From contig JBHGNT010000011.1 of NCBI GenBank assembly GCA_043228905.1, forward strand, positions 7,688,001-7,752,000: 64,000 nt of DNA. Direction: 5' to 3'. A program made the translations under genes and the position numbers. The notes under the pieces are model-generated. The model saw only the letters and a program-made list of their open reading frames with translations, was not told where the DNA came from and ran no database searches. Source of the DNA: Azolla caroliniana (lineage: Eukaryota; Plantae; Polypodiophyta). Of the stretch, positions 1-10,224 are shown piece after piece (the first letter of the stretch is position 1; each line of letters starts with the position of its first letter).

Positions 1-1160
1 TGGCTTCCGTTTTGCGGCTGAAATTGGGAGTTGTTGTCGTAGGTCGGACCTTGTCCGCCTTGTCCTTGGCCAAATCGGCCTCTCGCTCGTCCGCGTCCTC
101 TTCCTCCATTCGAGTGCGTGTAGAGCATGTGGCCTTCCCACTCATTGCTCCTTGTACGCACGTGGTTTTCTTCGACCAATAGCATTGATTGGAGCTCGAA
201 GAAGGAGGGAGATTTCTCCCTTGCTAGAACGGCGGTTCGCATCGCGCCGAACCATGGTGCAAGGCCGCTGAGGCATATTTGCACCATCTCATCGTCATCG
301 ATATTTATGCTTATCGAGCTGAGCGAGTCGCAAAGCTCCTTGATCCTCAAGGTGTATGTCATGATGGACATGTCCCTTTGTTGAATGTTGTTCAACTCTT
401 GGCGGAGTTGGAGCCCTCTTGCGGTTGTGTTCGCCACGAAAATCTTTCTTTCGTAGATTTTCCCATGCCTCCTTCGGCGTCTTGGCTTCGCGAATGTAGC
501 CGAGCATGTGATCGTGAACACATGTCGCCAAGCAATACATCATGCGGCTTGCGGCTTGCTCCCATGTCGCATATCCGGGAGCCGTGTCGACGGGTCAGTC
601 TTCATGCGCTCCTTTGATGTAGCTCCAATAGCCTTGTCCGACAAGGTATTGGTGCATCTTGTCCTCCCAAGATGCGAAGTTGTTTCGATCCAACTTCTCG
701 ATAGGGAGAGCAGAGCGCTCCCCATTTGAGTATTCATTATGTCAATTTTTCTTCTTCTCTCCTCGAATGCGAGCTATGTAGCAGAGCTACGATAGCGATG
801 AGCCGATTCTTGGTCGTCGGCGTAGGACACAACGCACGCGGATGGGCTAGATCGAGCTACCAAGTCGCTATGATACCATGTAAAGAATCAAGAGATGGAT
901 TCTGTCCAGCGGAATAGATATGAACTGTGTGTATGAGAGAGAGAGAGAGTCTGTGAGTGAGAGAGACAAGGAGTAAGACACAAAGAATACGCAAGGTAAA
1001 GTATATTAACAAAGGAGAAAGACTCAACATTATATAAGGTGGGAGGAGGCTGCTTTATATAGTCACCCTCTCTCTTCATTAACACTACAAGACTCATGGA
1101 GCATGGGGAATGTGAAAGCTCATAAGTTATGTGTCATAGAATATGATTCTATGACTCATA
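1..1160 (-). mobile_element. Ty1/Copia element (family A), 5' part: truncated LTR 879-1160, PBS 867-878, disrupted gag 1-737
   Basis: Gag start MNTQMGSAL... is nearly identical to the ORF at 11699-12889. A tRNA-iMet-type PBS (TGGTATCATAGC on the minus strand) abuts the LTR end ...TTTACA. The LTR matches 13049-13320 and stops abruptly at 1160. Confidence 0.9.
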
Positions 1161-1161
1161 A

Positions 1162-1192
1162 CACCGGGTCATTTGAAACAGGTAATATGTCG
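1162..1192 (+). repeat. Left terminal inverted repeat (31 bp)
   Basis: 30/31 identical to the reverse complement of 6088-6118. Confidence 0.9.
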
Positions 1193-1922
1193 TATTCTCT
1201 TTTGGCATAGTTGGCCAGATGTAGAAAAGTACCCTATTTTAGCCTGATATCGAAAATATACGATGCATGCGTACCCCTTTTGCGACTTGATGGTTAAATA
1301 TAGAACAAAAAAAACCTAGCAATTACTAAATTGTATATGTGTCCACATTCGTGTCAATTTGCATATCATGGAGCACAATTGAAGACTTGGTTCAATATAA
1401 AGTTCTAAAATTGGTATCCATATTCATATTGTAGAGTAAAACTACATAAACCGTAATTATAAATATGTGGTTTTGGGTTTAGGAATAAAGTAGTACCCCA
1501 CTTGTTGGACGGGTATATCGATAGTTTCATTGTATAATGTCATATAGTTCATGACAATGTAATTGGTAAGAGTAACAATTACGTACGACATTCATTTATA
1601 CTATGTGGAACCAGTAGACTTGAACCGTAGGTAACTAAAAACCTCTTATTATCAAAAACATTCGCCTTTTCATATACAGTCATGCTAACGGAAATGAGAA
1701 ATTACAATATCATGTTAATATCTCAAACTGAAGAAGAGCATGGTGACCAATTATATGTAAATACAAACAACGGTTCCAATAATGATTAAAAAGGGAAATT
1801 ATGAACAGGTGAATTTAATTAAACGATAAACAATTACAGATGTTCTCATATACAAATATAATATGAAGTGATGGTGAACATTATGCCTCAAAATCCTCAA
1901 TTTTTACATTACGCCATCTACA

Positions 1923-4900
1923 TCAATCTATAAGCAAATCAGGCAGAGCAGGCTCCTCTGGCGCTGATTGTTCTAGACTGTTTTCATTCGTGTCATCTCC
2001 AAGCTCTCCCGAATCTGATGTATGGTCAAACTGTGCTACATCTTCCAGGTCCACCAGCTCCCCTGCTTCTTTATCAATTGGTTCCATTGGTTCTCGTGAA
2101 GTCATCTGGAACATCTCTGTCTCGTTGATGTGTTTTGCTCTGACTTCTTGATCCTGATCTGGATAGTCCCAGATTCCTGTGATCCTCATTTTGATGAAGT
2201 TAACTTGATCAGGGTCCTTCTCCAATGCAACACAGTTTCTAAACATCTTCAATGCACAAGTTGTCGTTGTACCTAATGGTCGCATGAACACAAACAAGTA
2301 TATATAAGAAGTAACGTCTTAAACTTGATTGACAGGATTAAAATTAAATATATATATTATACCTGTGCCAGAGAACAAGTCTAGGACCCAATCATCTGGA
2401 TTCGAGAAGAGCTCTATGAGGCGGTTGATCAATCTTTGAGGTTTTTGATAAGGGTTCACCATACTTTTATCCCCTGACACATGTCTTAATTTTTTGGTTA
2501 CAGCTGGGCACATGATGTAGTTAACCATGTTACGCTCATTGACATGTGCTCTAGCCTTCTTCTTTGTAATTGACTCATAGTAGCCCACACAAAAATGTTC
2601 GACCGCACTAACCATTCGATCGCCAGGGCTACGTGTAATATTTGTTTTGATCCTATAGAGAAAGAAAATCAAGTATTAGAGGTGTAAATGTGTACATATA
2701 ATAAGAAGTACTGTAATGAGTAAAAGCGAACTATAACGCACCAATGCATGTGTTCAGTGGCATGACAACGGGACTTCAAAGCTGTTGTGACTGACAGTGA
2801 TTGCCCCATGCTATGAAATATGACTATCCTTCACAAGGGGGCCAATGTCAGTTCTGCGAAATCCTTTACCATTTTCTCGATCTGAGGGTACTTGAAAGGC
2901 ACATCATCATATGTTGATCCCGCAATACGGAAACCATATGGTATGTCAGCTATCAACAAAGTGTAGTGCCTTCTCGGTAACAGTTCGAGCATCTAGGATA
3001 CTTCGCCATTGAAAACACTATAATGAAGCTGTTTGAAAGGATCGGAACTATGCAAAAAACTCTTTACAGTCTCCGAATCCTCGGGCAATTCCATTTCCTT
3101 CCCTTTGGTCATTCTCTTCTCATATTTCGCACGTTCTAAGTGCGTGATGAAGGCCGCTGGAATACCGTCATTATTGTCGTTGTTCTTTTTCGATTTTGAT
3201 GGTTTCTGCAAGTGTCATTGTTGTTAGCAGGGAATATTACTTTCTAAAATATCAACATTCAAAAGACACATACCCATTCTCTAAATACAATAAAATATTC
3301 CTCCAATGCCTTGTAGGAAGAAGTTATCGGGCAGGCTTGTTCAACTTCTTCCCATGTCGGTAAACTCAGTTTTTGCATCATCAACTCCTGAATCTTCATG
3401 TATACCTTGTGACTGCACAATCAATATGAAATTAGAAATAAGATATTCAAAATAATTGAAGACTTTCATGAAAAGGTATACTATAAACACTTACTTTTGC
3501 AAGTCTGTTACCCTCTCGTCCAAACTAAATTCCTTGGCGACCACTCGAGATAGCACGGATATTAACAATCTATCATCTTTGATACCTTGTAATGATCTCC
3601 AAGGTAAAAGTTTCATGTCCTCTGCTAACTCCTCGATTACCAAGTCGCTTTTTCCCTTGGTCTTTGATTTCATCTCAACTTGTGGATCAATTCTTCCCTT
3701 TTTTTATCTTTGCCCCTTGACTTCTTTCCGCTCCCACATAGAGAATATTTTTTCTTGGAGATCCCACACCTCTCCAGTCCGAAAAGCTAGTTGAAACCAA
3801 GAATCATATTTTTGGAGACCTTCGGATTTGGTACTCTCATCCACTGCAATCCCTACTTCCAATAAACACTGACGTCGCAATCCCGGCCACAATCTTGGAC
3901 CAAAACGATTCAAGGCATCGAGGTATTCATGATGAAAAAATATTATCCTCTCTATACATGACATCTTTTGCCTATAATCGTTGTCATTGTTATGGTCCCA
4001 TGCGAGCAGCTTCGCCTCCTCGTGAGTTAGTCCTGCATATACCTTACATTCGGCGTATTTGAAGAATGGCGTGAGAGGATATTCTTTGACAAGCTGTCGT
4101 CGAGCTTCGGCCGAATGTGATCCTCCGATTACATAGTATGTGTAATCGTCTGCAGAGCTATACTTGAAATCTGCTACTGTTGGGCATTGTTCTTGATCAA
4201 CCATTACCAAAAATGGCATCACAGTAGCGTGAGGATTTATTTTCATTTTGCTTTCCAGGTTTTGCACATGGACGGAGTGCGGCTCCCTAATTTCCAAGGG
4301 ACGTCTTCCAGTCACGGGGTCAATGGGGGGCCTTTGGATAGAAGTAATGGGCAAATGAAATAGCTGGCCCCTGCGCACAAGTTTAGTCTTCACAATATCT
4401 TCTCTTATTTTATTTTGTTCTGACGTCAGGACACCAGAAGATAGTTGTCCGCCTGGAGCCACGACGTCGACTTGTTGGTCGTCTTCTTCTTCCACGAACT
4501 CTAATATTTCTTCTTCTTCTTCTTCGGGTCGTGGTCATTTAGTATATTTCTTTTGAACAGGATTTGTCTTCCTAGACTTTTTCGGTGGAGTTTCTGCTTC
4601 ACCGGTCATCATCTCTCCTGTCACGTATGGCCGAAGAGCTACCAACAAGTTATTTTTCGTTTGCAGGTCTTTACGCAAAGCCTTGGGATTGCAAGATTCC
4701 GGTACTAGGTTTCCCTCATCAAGTCGCAATCGCCTGTTGCCAACTGAGCTCGAGACGTCGATTAAAATACTTGTAGAGTCAATGTCTTCGTACTCTAGCT
4801 TGGTTACATGCCCGTAATTAAATGTTTTTCCAAGCTGAAGTTTCCCTTCCCCGTCTGATTTTGCCGTTATCAATAACATCACCCCATCCTCCTCGACATA

Positions 4901-5374
4901 AGAGAGACACCATTCAAGTTCGGGGTAATCCTTATATTTCACCTCAACCGTTTTCTCCTCTTGCGTACTACCTTTGTTGATTTTGGTAGTAGCCACAGAT
5001 GACTTGGATCCTCCTTCCCCCGTTGAGTCAAATAAATTCTTTTTACTCGTGTCCTTCATGAAGGAGCCAGAATCTCGTTTTGTCGGAGATCGAATCTTCA
5101 ATCTAAATGAAGGAACTTTTTGTCTGGGTTCACTGAAATTAAAAACGTTGGTGAAAACATAGAAACAACGTACAATTTTATCTAAATCACGCAAATTATC
5201 ATTTAAATTACGTCAATTTTAAGGTCCTGGCTTTCAGAATTGCTTTCCAAGTTCGTTGTACAAAATAAAATAAAATTTCTATGTGTTGAGGAAAGGAATC
5301 TTTAAGGAATCTTTAGGAATCTTAAAAAATGTAATGAATATTACTAACCTGACAATTTTCTTTCCCTTGTTCAT
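1923..5374 (-). pseudogene. Spliced ParB/Srx-like domain + beta-class N6-adenine/N4-cytosine DNA methyltransferase fusion (~968 aa), with 4 in-frame stops
   Basis: Exons 5374-5349, 5132-3495, 3412-3274, 3205-2742, 2652-2363 and 2272-1923 are joined by five GT-AG introns with consistent phases (2907 nt in total). ParB-like segment: LPITSI...VQNL...PFLVMV...YYVIGGSHSAEARRQL...VYAGLTHEEAKLLAWDHN. MTase motifs in beta order: YTLLIADIPYG (motif IV), WIKTN...VEHF, NPYQKPQRLINRLIELFSNPDDWVLDLFSGTGTT (motifs X/I), RNCVALEKD. Stops at 4535, 3704, 2993 and 2831. The first exon and start codon are less certain. Confidence 0.85.
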
Positions 5375-5555
5375 GGTTCGTGCCGGAGGTAGTGCTATCC
5401 ACAAAGTGCTTCTGAGTGCTTGAAAATTGGCTTGTGCTCTAAGCTCGATGGATTCTTTCACGTGATAATGAAAATGAAATTTCTAACCTCCTTATATAGA
5501 AGACTTTAGCATTCTTTTTAAAATAAAAAATAATTTTTAGTTATTTGTTTTCTAG

Positions 5556-5825
5556 GAAAATTTCGGAATGACCAAAACAGGCCATCTAAGACAGACTACA
5601 ATCAAGATAATAAAAGAGAAGATCCCAGATGTGCTTGTTGACGCAACACAGAGACGAACAAACAGTATGTCTCATAATCACGGTGACGTTGGATTGCAAT
5701 TGGATGAAGACAATGCATTGGTTGCTAGTGATGATGAGGATGAGACCTCACAAAGCTGTTCTAGTTCATCGAGTGGGTCTAAAGGGGAAGGCGTATCTCT
5801 GGGAAGTGATGGATCTCATATATGA
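5556..5825 (+). pseudogene. Orphan terminal-exon-like ORF inside the TIR element (possible remnant of a deleted second gene or transposase)
   Basis: A polypyrimidine tract and AG acceptor (ttttctag, ending 5555) precede an open frame of ~89 codons with an acidic/Ser-rich tail. No upstream exons are present. Confidence 0.3.
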
Positions 5826-6087
5826 AATGTAAATATTGTATGTTACATCAAATGGCAATTCACAAATATGTATAAATATACATCTTAGTCATTTTGTAAT
5901 TTTTGTACGTTCTCTTGTAAATTTCACGTGTCGATTATTAGGGGCAATTTTTGAAAGCCCTAAATTTTTGGACATGGTATAAATCAATATATTTTGATTG
6001 AATTTCCAAAACCCTTTATGCATGCGATGGTCCTTTTTGTGAAATGACCTACTTTGTGCCTTTTTTGGACGGACTGTTCTTAAATTG

Positions 6088-6118
6088 CGACATATTACCT
6101 ATTTCAAATGACCCGGTG
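6088..6118 (-). repeat. Right terminal inverted repeat (31 bp)
   Basis: cgacatattacctatttcaaatgacccggtg is the reverse complement of the left TIR with 1 mismatch. Confidence 0.9.
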
Positions 6119-6571
6119 TTTTAATGGTGTGTCTTGTCTTTACTTGATATCCAGGTACAATTTGTTGTATGAACTCCTTAAATTCAGGTGATTCCACATG
6201 TGCATGGGGCAATGTTCCCTTTACAATATACTTCATGATGGCACCATCAATTTTCTTCTCTAAAACACGAGATACTTTAGCAGACTCAATTCAAGATTGA
6301 ATGTGTTGTGATATACCTGAATTTTGGTCTGGGTCGCCTGATAAACGATTTTTTCTGCTAAATGCTTGGTTATAGTGCCTGTGGATGTTGTAGAAGACCA
6401 ACAAACATGATAATGATGGCATTGTTGTCGAGGTGTGCCATTATCCATATAAAATATGATGGCATCGGTCCATGATGTGCGTTGCCTTTTTCTTGAGCTA
6501 CTTGTTGGCCCACGGTCAACATTAATTGAGGATGAGTCCATTGCAGTATTAGTTTGAGATGATGATTCCAT
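6119..6571 (-). pseudogene. hAT-like transposase N-terminal remnant (BED zinc finger)
   Basis: RKRQRTSW...QQCHHYHVCWSSTTSTGTITKHL resembles a BED finger. After a frameshift it continues KKIDGAIMKYIVKGTLPHAHVESPEFKEFIQQIVPGYQVKTRHTIK, typical of the hAT N-terminus. It is cut by the right TIR. Confidence 0.7.
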
Positions 6572-6740
6572 TTTATGGTGTTCCTATAAACTTCAATTAG
6601 CTCAATTAGCACATTTCAAATACAGGCTAATGAGATGAATAAATGAAGTAGAAAGTTTGTTAAGTTAGCTAAGAACATAAAAACAACCATTATGACCAGT
6701 GGCAAACATTCTACAAGACCATAATTCCAAATTGTTATAA

Positions 6741-6854
6741 ACACTTCAGAGAAAGAAAGACATGTTAACATAAAAAGATACATTGTTACACTTCAGAGAA
6801 AGAAAGACATGTTAACATAAAAAGATACATTGTTACACTTCAGAGAAAGAAAGA
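6741..6854. repeat. 47-bp tandem repeat, ~2.4 copies
   Basis: acacttcagagaaagaaagacatgttaacataaaaagatacattgtt starts at 6741 and 6788, with a partial copy at 6835. Confidence 0.9.
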
Positions 6855-8293
6855 TATATACACACTTCAATTAGCACATTAGAAGGTATGGGAGTCAACT
6901 TTTATGAAATTATTAAGTATAAACACTATTTGTGTAAAAGTTACATGTCAAGAAATGAACATGCACTTAGTGTCGATCTTATGTTCTGATAATCCCTCTC
7001 ATCTTGGTAATGCCAAACTAATGTGAATATCTATCTTATCTCTCAATCATTTAACAACAATTCTCAAATGGATTGGTTATCCCTGCTTCACAATGTAGTC
7101 ATCTTATAATTTTAATGATCATGCCTTTTGACAACCTACTCCAAAAATACTTTGATCATCTTTCCAAATTCTAATGATCACATTTAGGTATATCAAAATA
7201 GAAAACTCAATGAAATATCAATGTCTAAGCTCCCTACAAGTTGAATACTGGTATGGACATTGCTACTAAACTTGAACATGTGGCAAGAATGCAGATGATC
7301 TTGAAACTATGCCTATTAGTTGGTTTTGATATGTTTCCTACTCTGTTGGTTACTGATGGCTCTTGTATTATTGATCGTAGGATGGACATCCATGGACATC
7401 CACTAGAGATTCAAGTATGAATATTTGCTTCCTAGACAATGCTTACATAGCTCATAAATATTGATCTAATTTATGACGTCTGATTGTTTATTTTCTAGAT
7501 TGGTTAGGCTTTGTTTTACATAGCTTTACGTTGTGCACAATAGATGCTTACACCTAAAGATGGATCCCTAGATCTCATCAAGGCCATGATAAAAAGGTTT
7601 TAGGGTTTATCATCTCCATTGCCACCCACCATATTGATCACTATGAAGATGTTGGGTATAGCTTGTCTATGCAAACAGTTTCAATATGAAATCATGATGC
7701 GACCTTTTTTTATGTCTCGTAGGCATCTTTTAGAGATTTTAATGTAATCTGCCTTTCTTTCTCCGAAGTGAAGTATCACATCAAATGATTTGTAATTGAT
7801 ATGCACATTTTGGGTTATGGTTCAGTGATCTAGTGTATTGTGATTAAATTCAATTTCGTAATCGAGTTAAACTTGATGCATATGACCAAATGATTGGTAA
7901 ATCAATATATCTTCCAATAGAGAAGATCAGGAGAGGCATTCCCTTGACCAACGATGACAAAATACCTTGACCAACGATGACCAACGATGGCAAAAGTCCT
8001 GTTTGATTCATGAATCATACCTGTGTTATAGGCCACGGTAGCAACAATAAGAGGACTAGAGTATGGATAATGGAGGAGTGGAGAAAAGAACACTATTAGA
8101 ACTTAGAAGTCTGCACTCTAGAGTTTGAAGAGCGATGAAGTGGTGACTGGTCATTGCCGCATGAACCTGCACAGTTCCGTTCGATAGTAGTCTATAGATA
8201 CAACCTACTAAGTACTCAGTTACCCATTGTACTTAGTACTACCCAATGCCCAATGCCCACAGTAAAAATAGGAAGGGTATAAAAGTGAAAATT

Positions 8294-8425
8294 TAGGGGT
8301 AGGGTAAGAACCTATAAACCGAACCAAATTAATAGAAAACGTTAAACCGATAAATCGATAAATGCTAAACCGAACTGAATTGAAACCAAACCAAACTTAC
8401 ATTCTTTAAACCAAATCAAACTCAT
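8294..8425. mobile_element. Possible hAT/MITE terminus with AAACCG(A) subterminal repeats
   Basis: TAGGGG start followed by clustered aaaccgaacc/aaaccgata/aaaccaaacc motifs. No partner end was found. Confidence 0.4.
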
Positions 8426-9033
8426 TATTTAATTTTGAAGAAATCAATAGTTGAAGTCCTTAAAGGTGAACCAAGCTCTTCCATTGTTGGTACACAAGCT
8501 ATTGTGACGACAACTTTTGAAGAGAAGCCAAAAGAGCTAAAAAGCTACTATGCTAAGAAACATTGGGTGAGAGCAACAACTGAGACACCCGTGAAGATTG
8601 GAAACCTTGAAGATCTAGTTGTGGCCTTAATTGACAGAGGCGTAGAAATTAATCTAATTTCTTATGATATATATAGGAAAGGCAGATGGCCAATGGAAAC
8701 AGAGCATGGGTGGAGGGTAAAATCAGCTAATTCAACGATGGAGGAACTTCATGGAGTTTGCCCAAACATCAAAGTCACCATTGGAGATATCCCAATGGAG
8801 CAACATTTATTTATCCAAAAGACCTCGTCATACCCAGTGATTCTTGGTCAACCATACATCACATCTTGTAGGGTGGAGACGAAGGTGCTTGAAGATAGTT
8901 GGACATATGCTAGGATTCAAAGTACCGATGGTAAAAGGAGTATTGATTTTCTTATTGTTAGGCAAGAGCATGATAGAAATAAAGAAGAACTACGAATTAA
9001 CTCGTGTGGGCATGATATGTCATCTTATGAGTC

Positions 9034-9095
9034 GGATTTTTAATTAGGATCATTGACGGGGAAGAACACAATGGTCCCAAAGTTTTCCTTTCCTG
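9034..9095 (+). promoter_or_regulatory. Predicted -1 ribosomal frameshift signal (GGATTTT + 6-nt spacer + pseudoknot)
   Basis: G_GAT_TTT then TAA. Stem ggatcattg (9047-9055) pairs with caatggtcc (9069-9077). Loop cggggaag (9057-9064) can pair with ctttcctg (9088-9095). The -1 frame is open. Confidence 0.55.
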
Positions 9096-10224
9096 CAAAA
9101 ATGTTTTCCGATTAATAAAACAATCAATGGTTCCTTTAATACAATGGATGGATTTACTTGTTACCTTGGCATGGAAAGACATGCACAAAATGAAGGGAGC
9201 GGGAAGATGTTGTATGCATTGTGCACTTCAAGGATGATTGAAAGGGATGACGATGCTCAAATAGCTATAGAAAGGATGAAACAATGTCGACTACAGAACA
9301 AAGAAGGATTTGACAAAGCCCATCGCCTTCAACCAAGAAAGCTCCAAGAAGGTACAGTATATGATAACAGCTTAGATAACCAACATAGGACTTCCCGCAA
9401 ATTCTCCAAAAGATGGTTCAGACCATTGAAGCCTAAGTGTATGCGGAAACATACGAGGATCTGTCCTAGTTCGTACTCAGAAAACAACACATAAAGAGAA
9501 GCAAAGATATACACAGATTGAAGCTTTAATGGAAGCTCTATTACGTGGTCAAGAAGATTATTCTTTACAATGTTAGGTTATTGCTTATATACTAAGCCCT
9601 AACTATGTGGATGAGTTCACACTAGGATACAAAGTGGAGGGAGTCGGCCTTTTATGCCAACAAAATCCCCCGTAAAAGGACTACTCTTTCTTACATATAC
9701 ATGTGTTTGGGGTTGTCTCCCCCGCAAACTTAGATTACAACACTAATCTAGATTTATGTTTGTTGTTCGCCGAAATCGTAACCGACGGATAGAAGCGCAA
9801 AAACATTATAATATAGTAAAGCGTTAAGAAACACATGTAACGGTTCACGCGGGAAGTGTGAATGGCTAAAAGCCTCGTTTATATAAAGGGCAGAAATCCT
9901 CTGTAAGAGGTAGCGTGTAATTTTGAGTGCAGAATGTTTTTCTAATAGAATCTTATCTTCTTTGACCTCTGTGCATTATTTGTGTCTATCTGCGTAACAG
10001 TCCATTGTTACTCTGCTGCATATTGTTTAAATCGTAAGTGTGTGTAAGCGTAGGTGCGTGTATTAGTGCACTTCGTAAGGAGTTCGGTTGTAGCCATCTC
10101 CCTTATACGCTACCAAGATACAAGGTGGTATCCCATTACTCCTTACGCGAAGACGGTTCCATTCCTTGTAACACGGTCACCTTGAGGTCTACCTCGAAGG
10201 ACTGAGCGTAGATAGTGTTCCTAA

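Larger units (their letters stand above)
1162..6118. mobile_element. Putative non-autonomous TIR DNA transposon (CACC termini) carrying a ParB-like/DNA amino-methyltransferase gene
   Basis: 31-bp inverted repeats: CACCGGGTCATTTGAAACAGGTAATATGTCG (1162-1192) and its reverse complement at 6088-6118, with 1 mismatch. Both neighbouring TEs are cut exactly at the repeats. No TSD and no transposase are recognisable. Confidence 0.8.

Noticed and set aside
1923-5374. Bacterial or phage contamination as the source of the MTase
   Set aside because: The gene has five phase-consistent GT-AG introns and is joined directly to plant Copia and hAT sequence.
6119-6571. hAT remnant as the transposase of the TIR/MTase element
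   Set aside because: It lies outside the right TIR and is truncated by it. CACC ends without an 8-bp TSD do not fit hAT.
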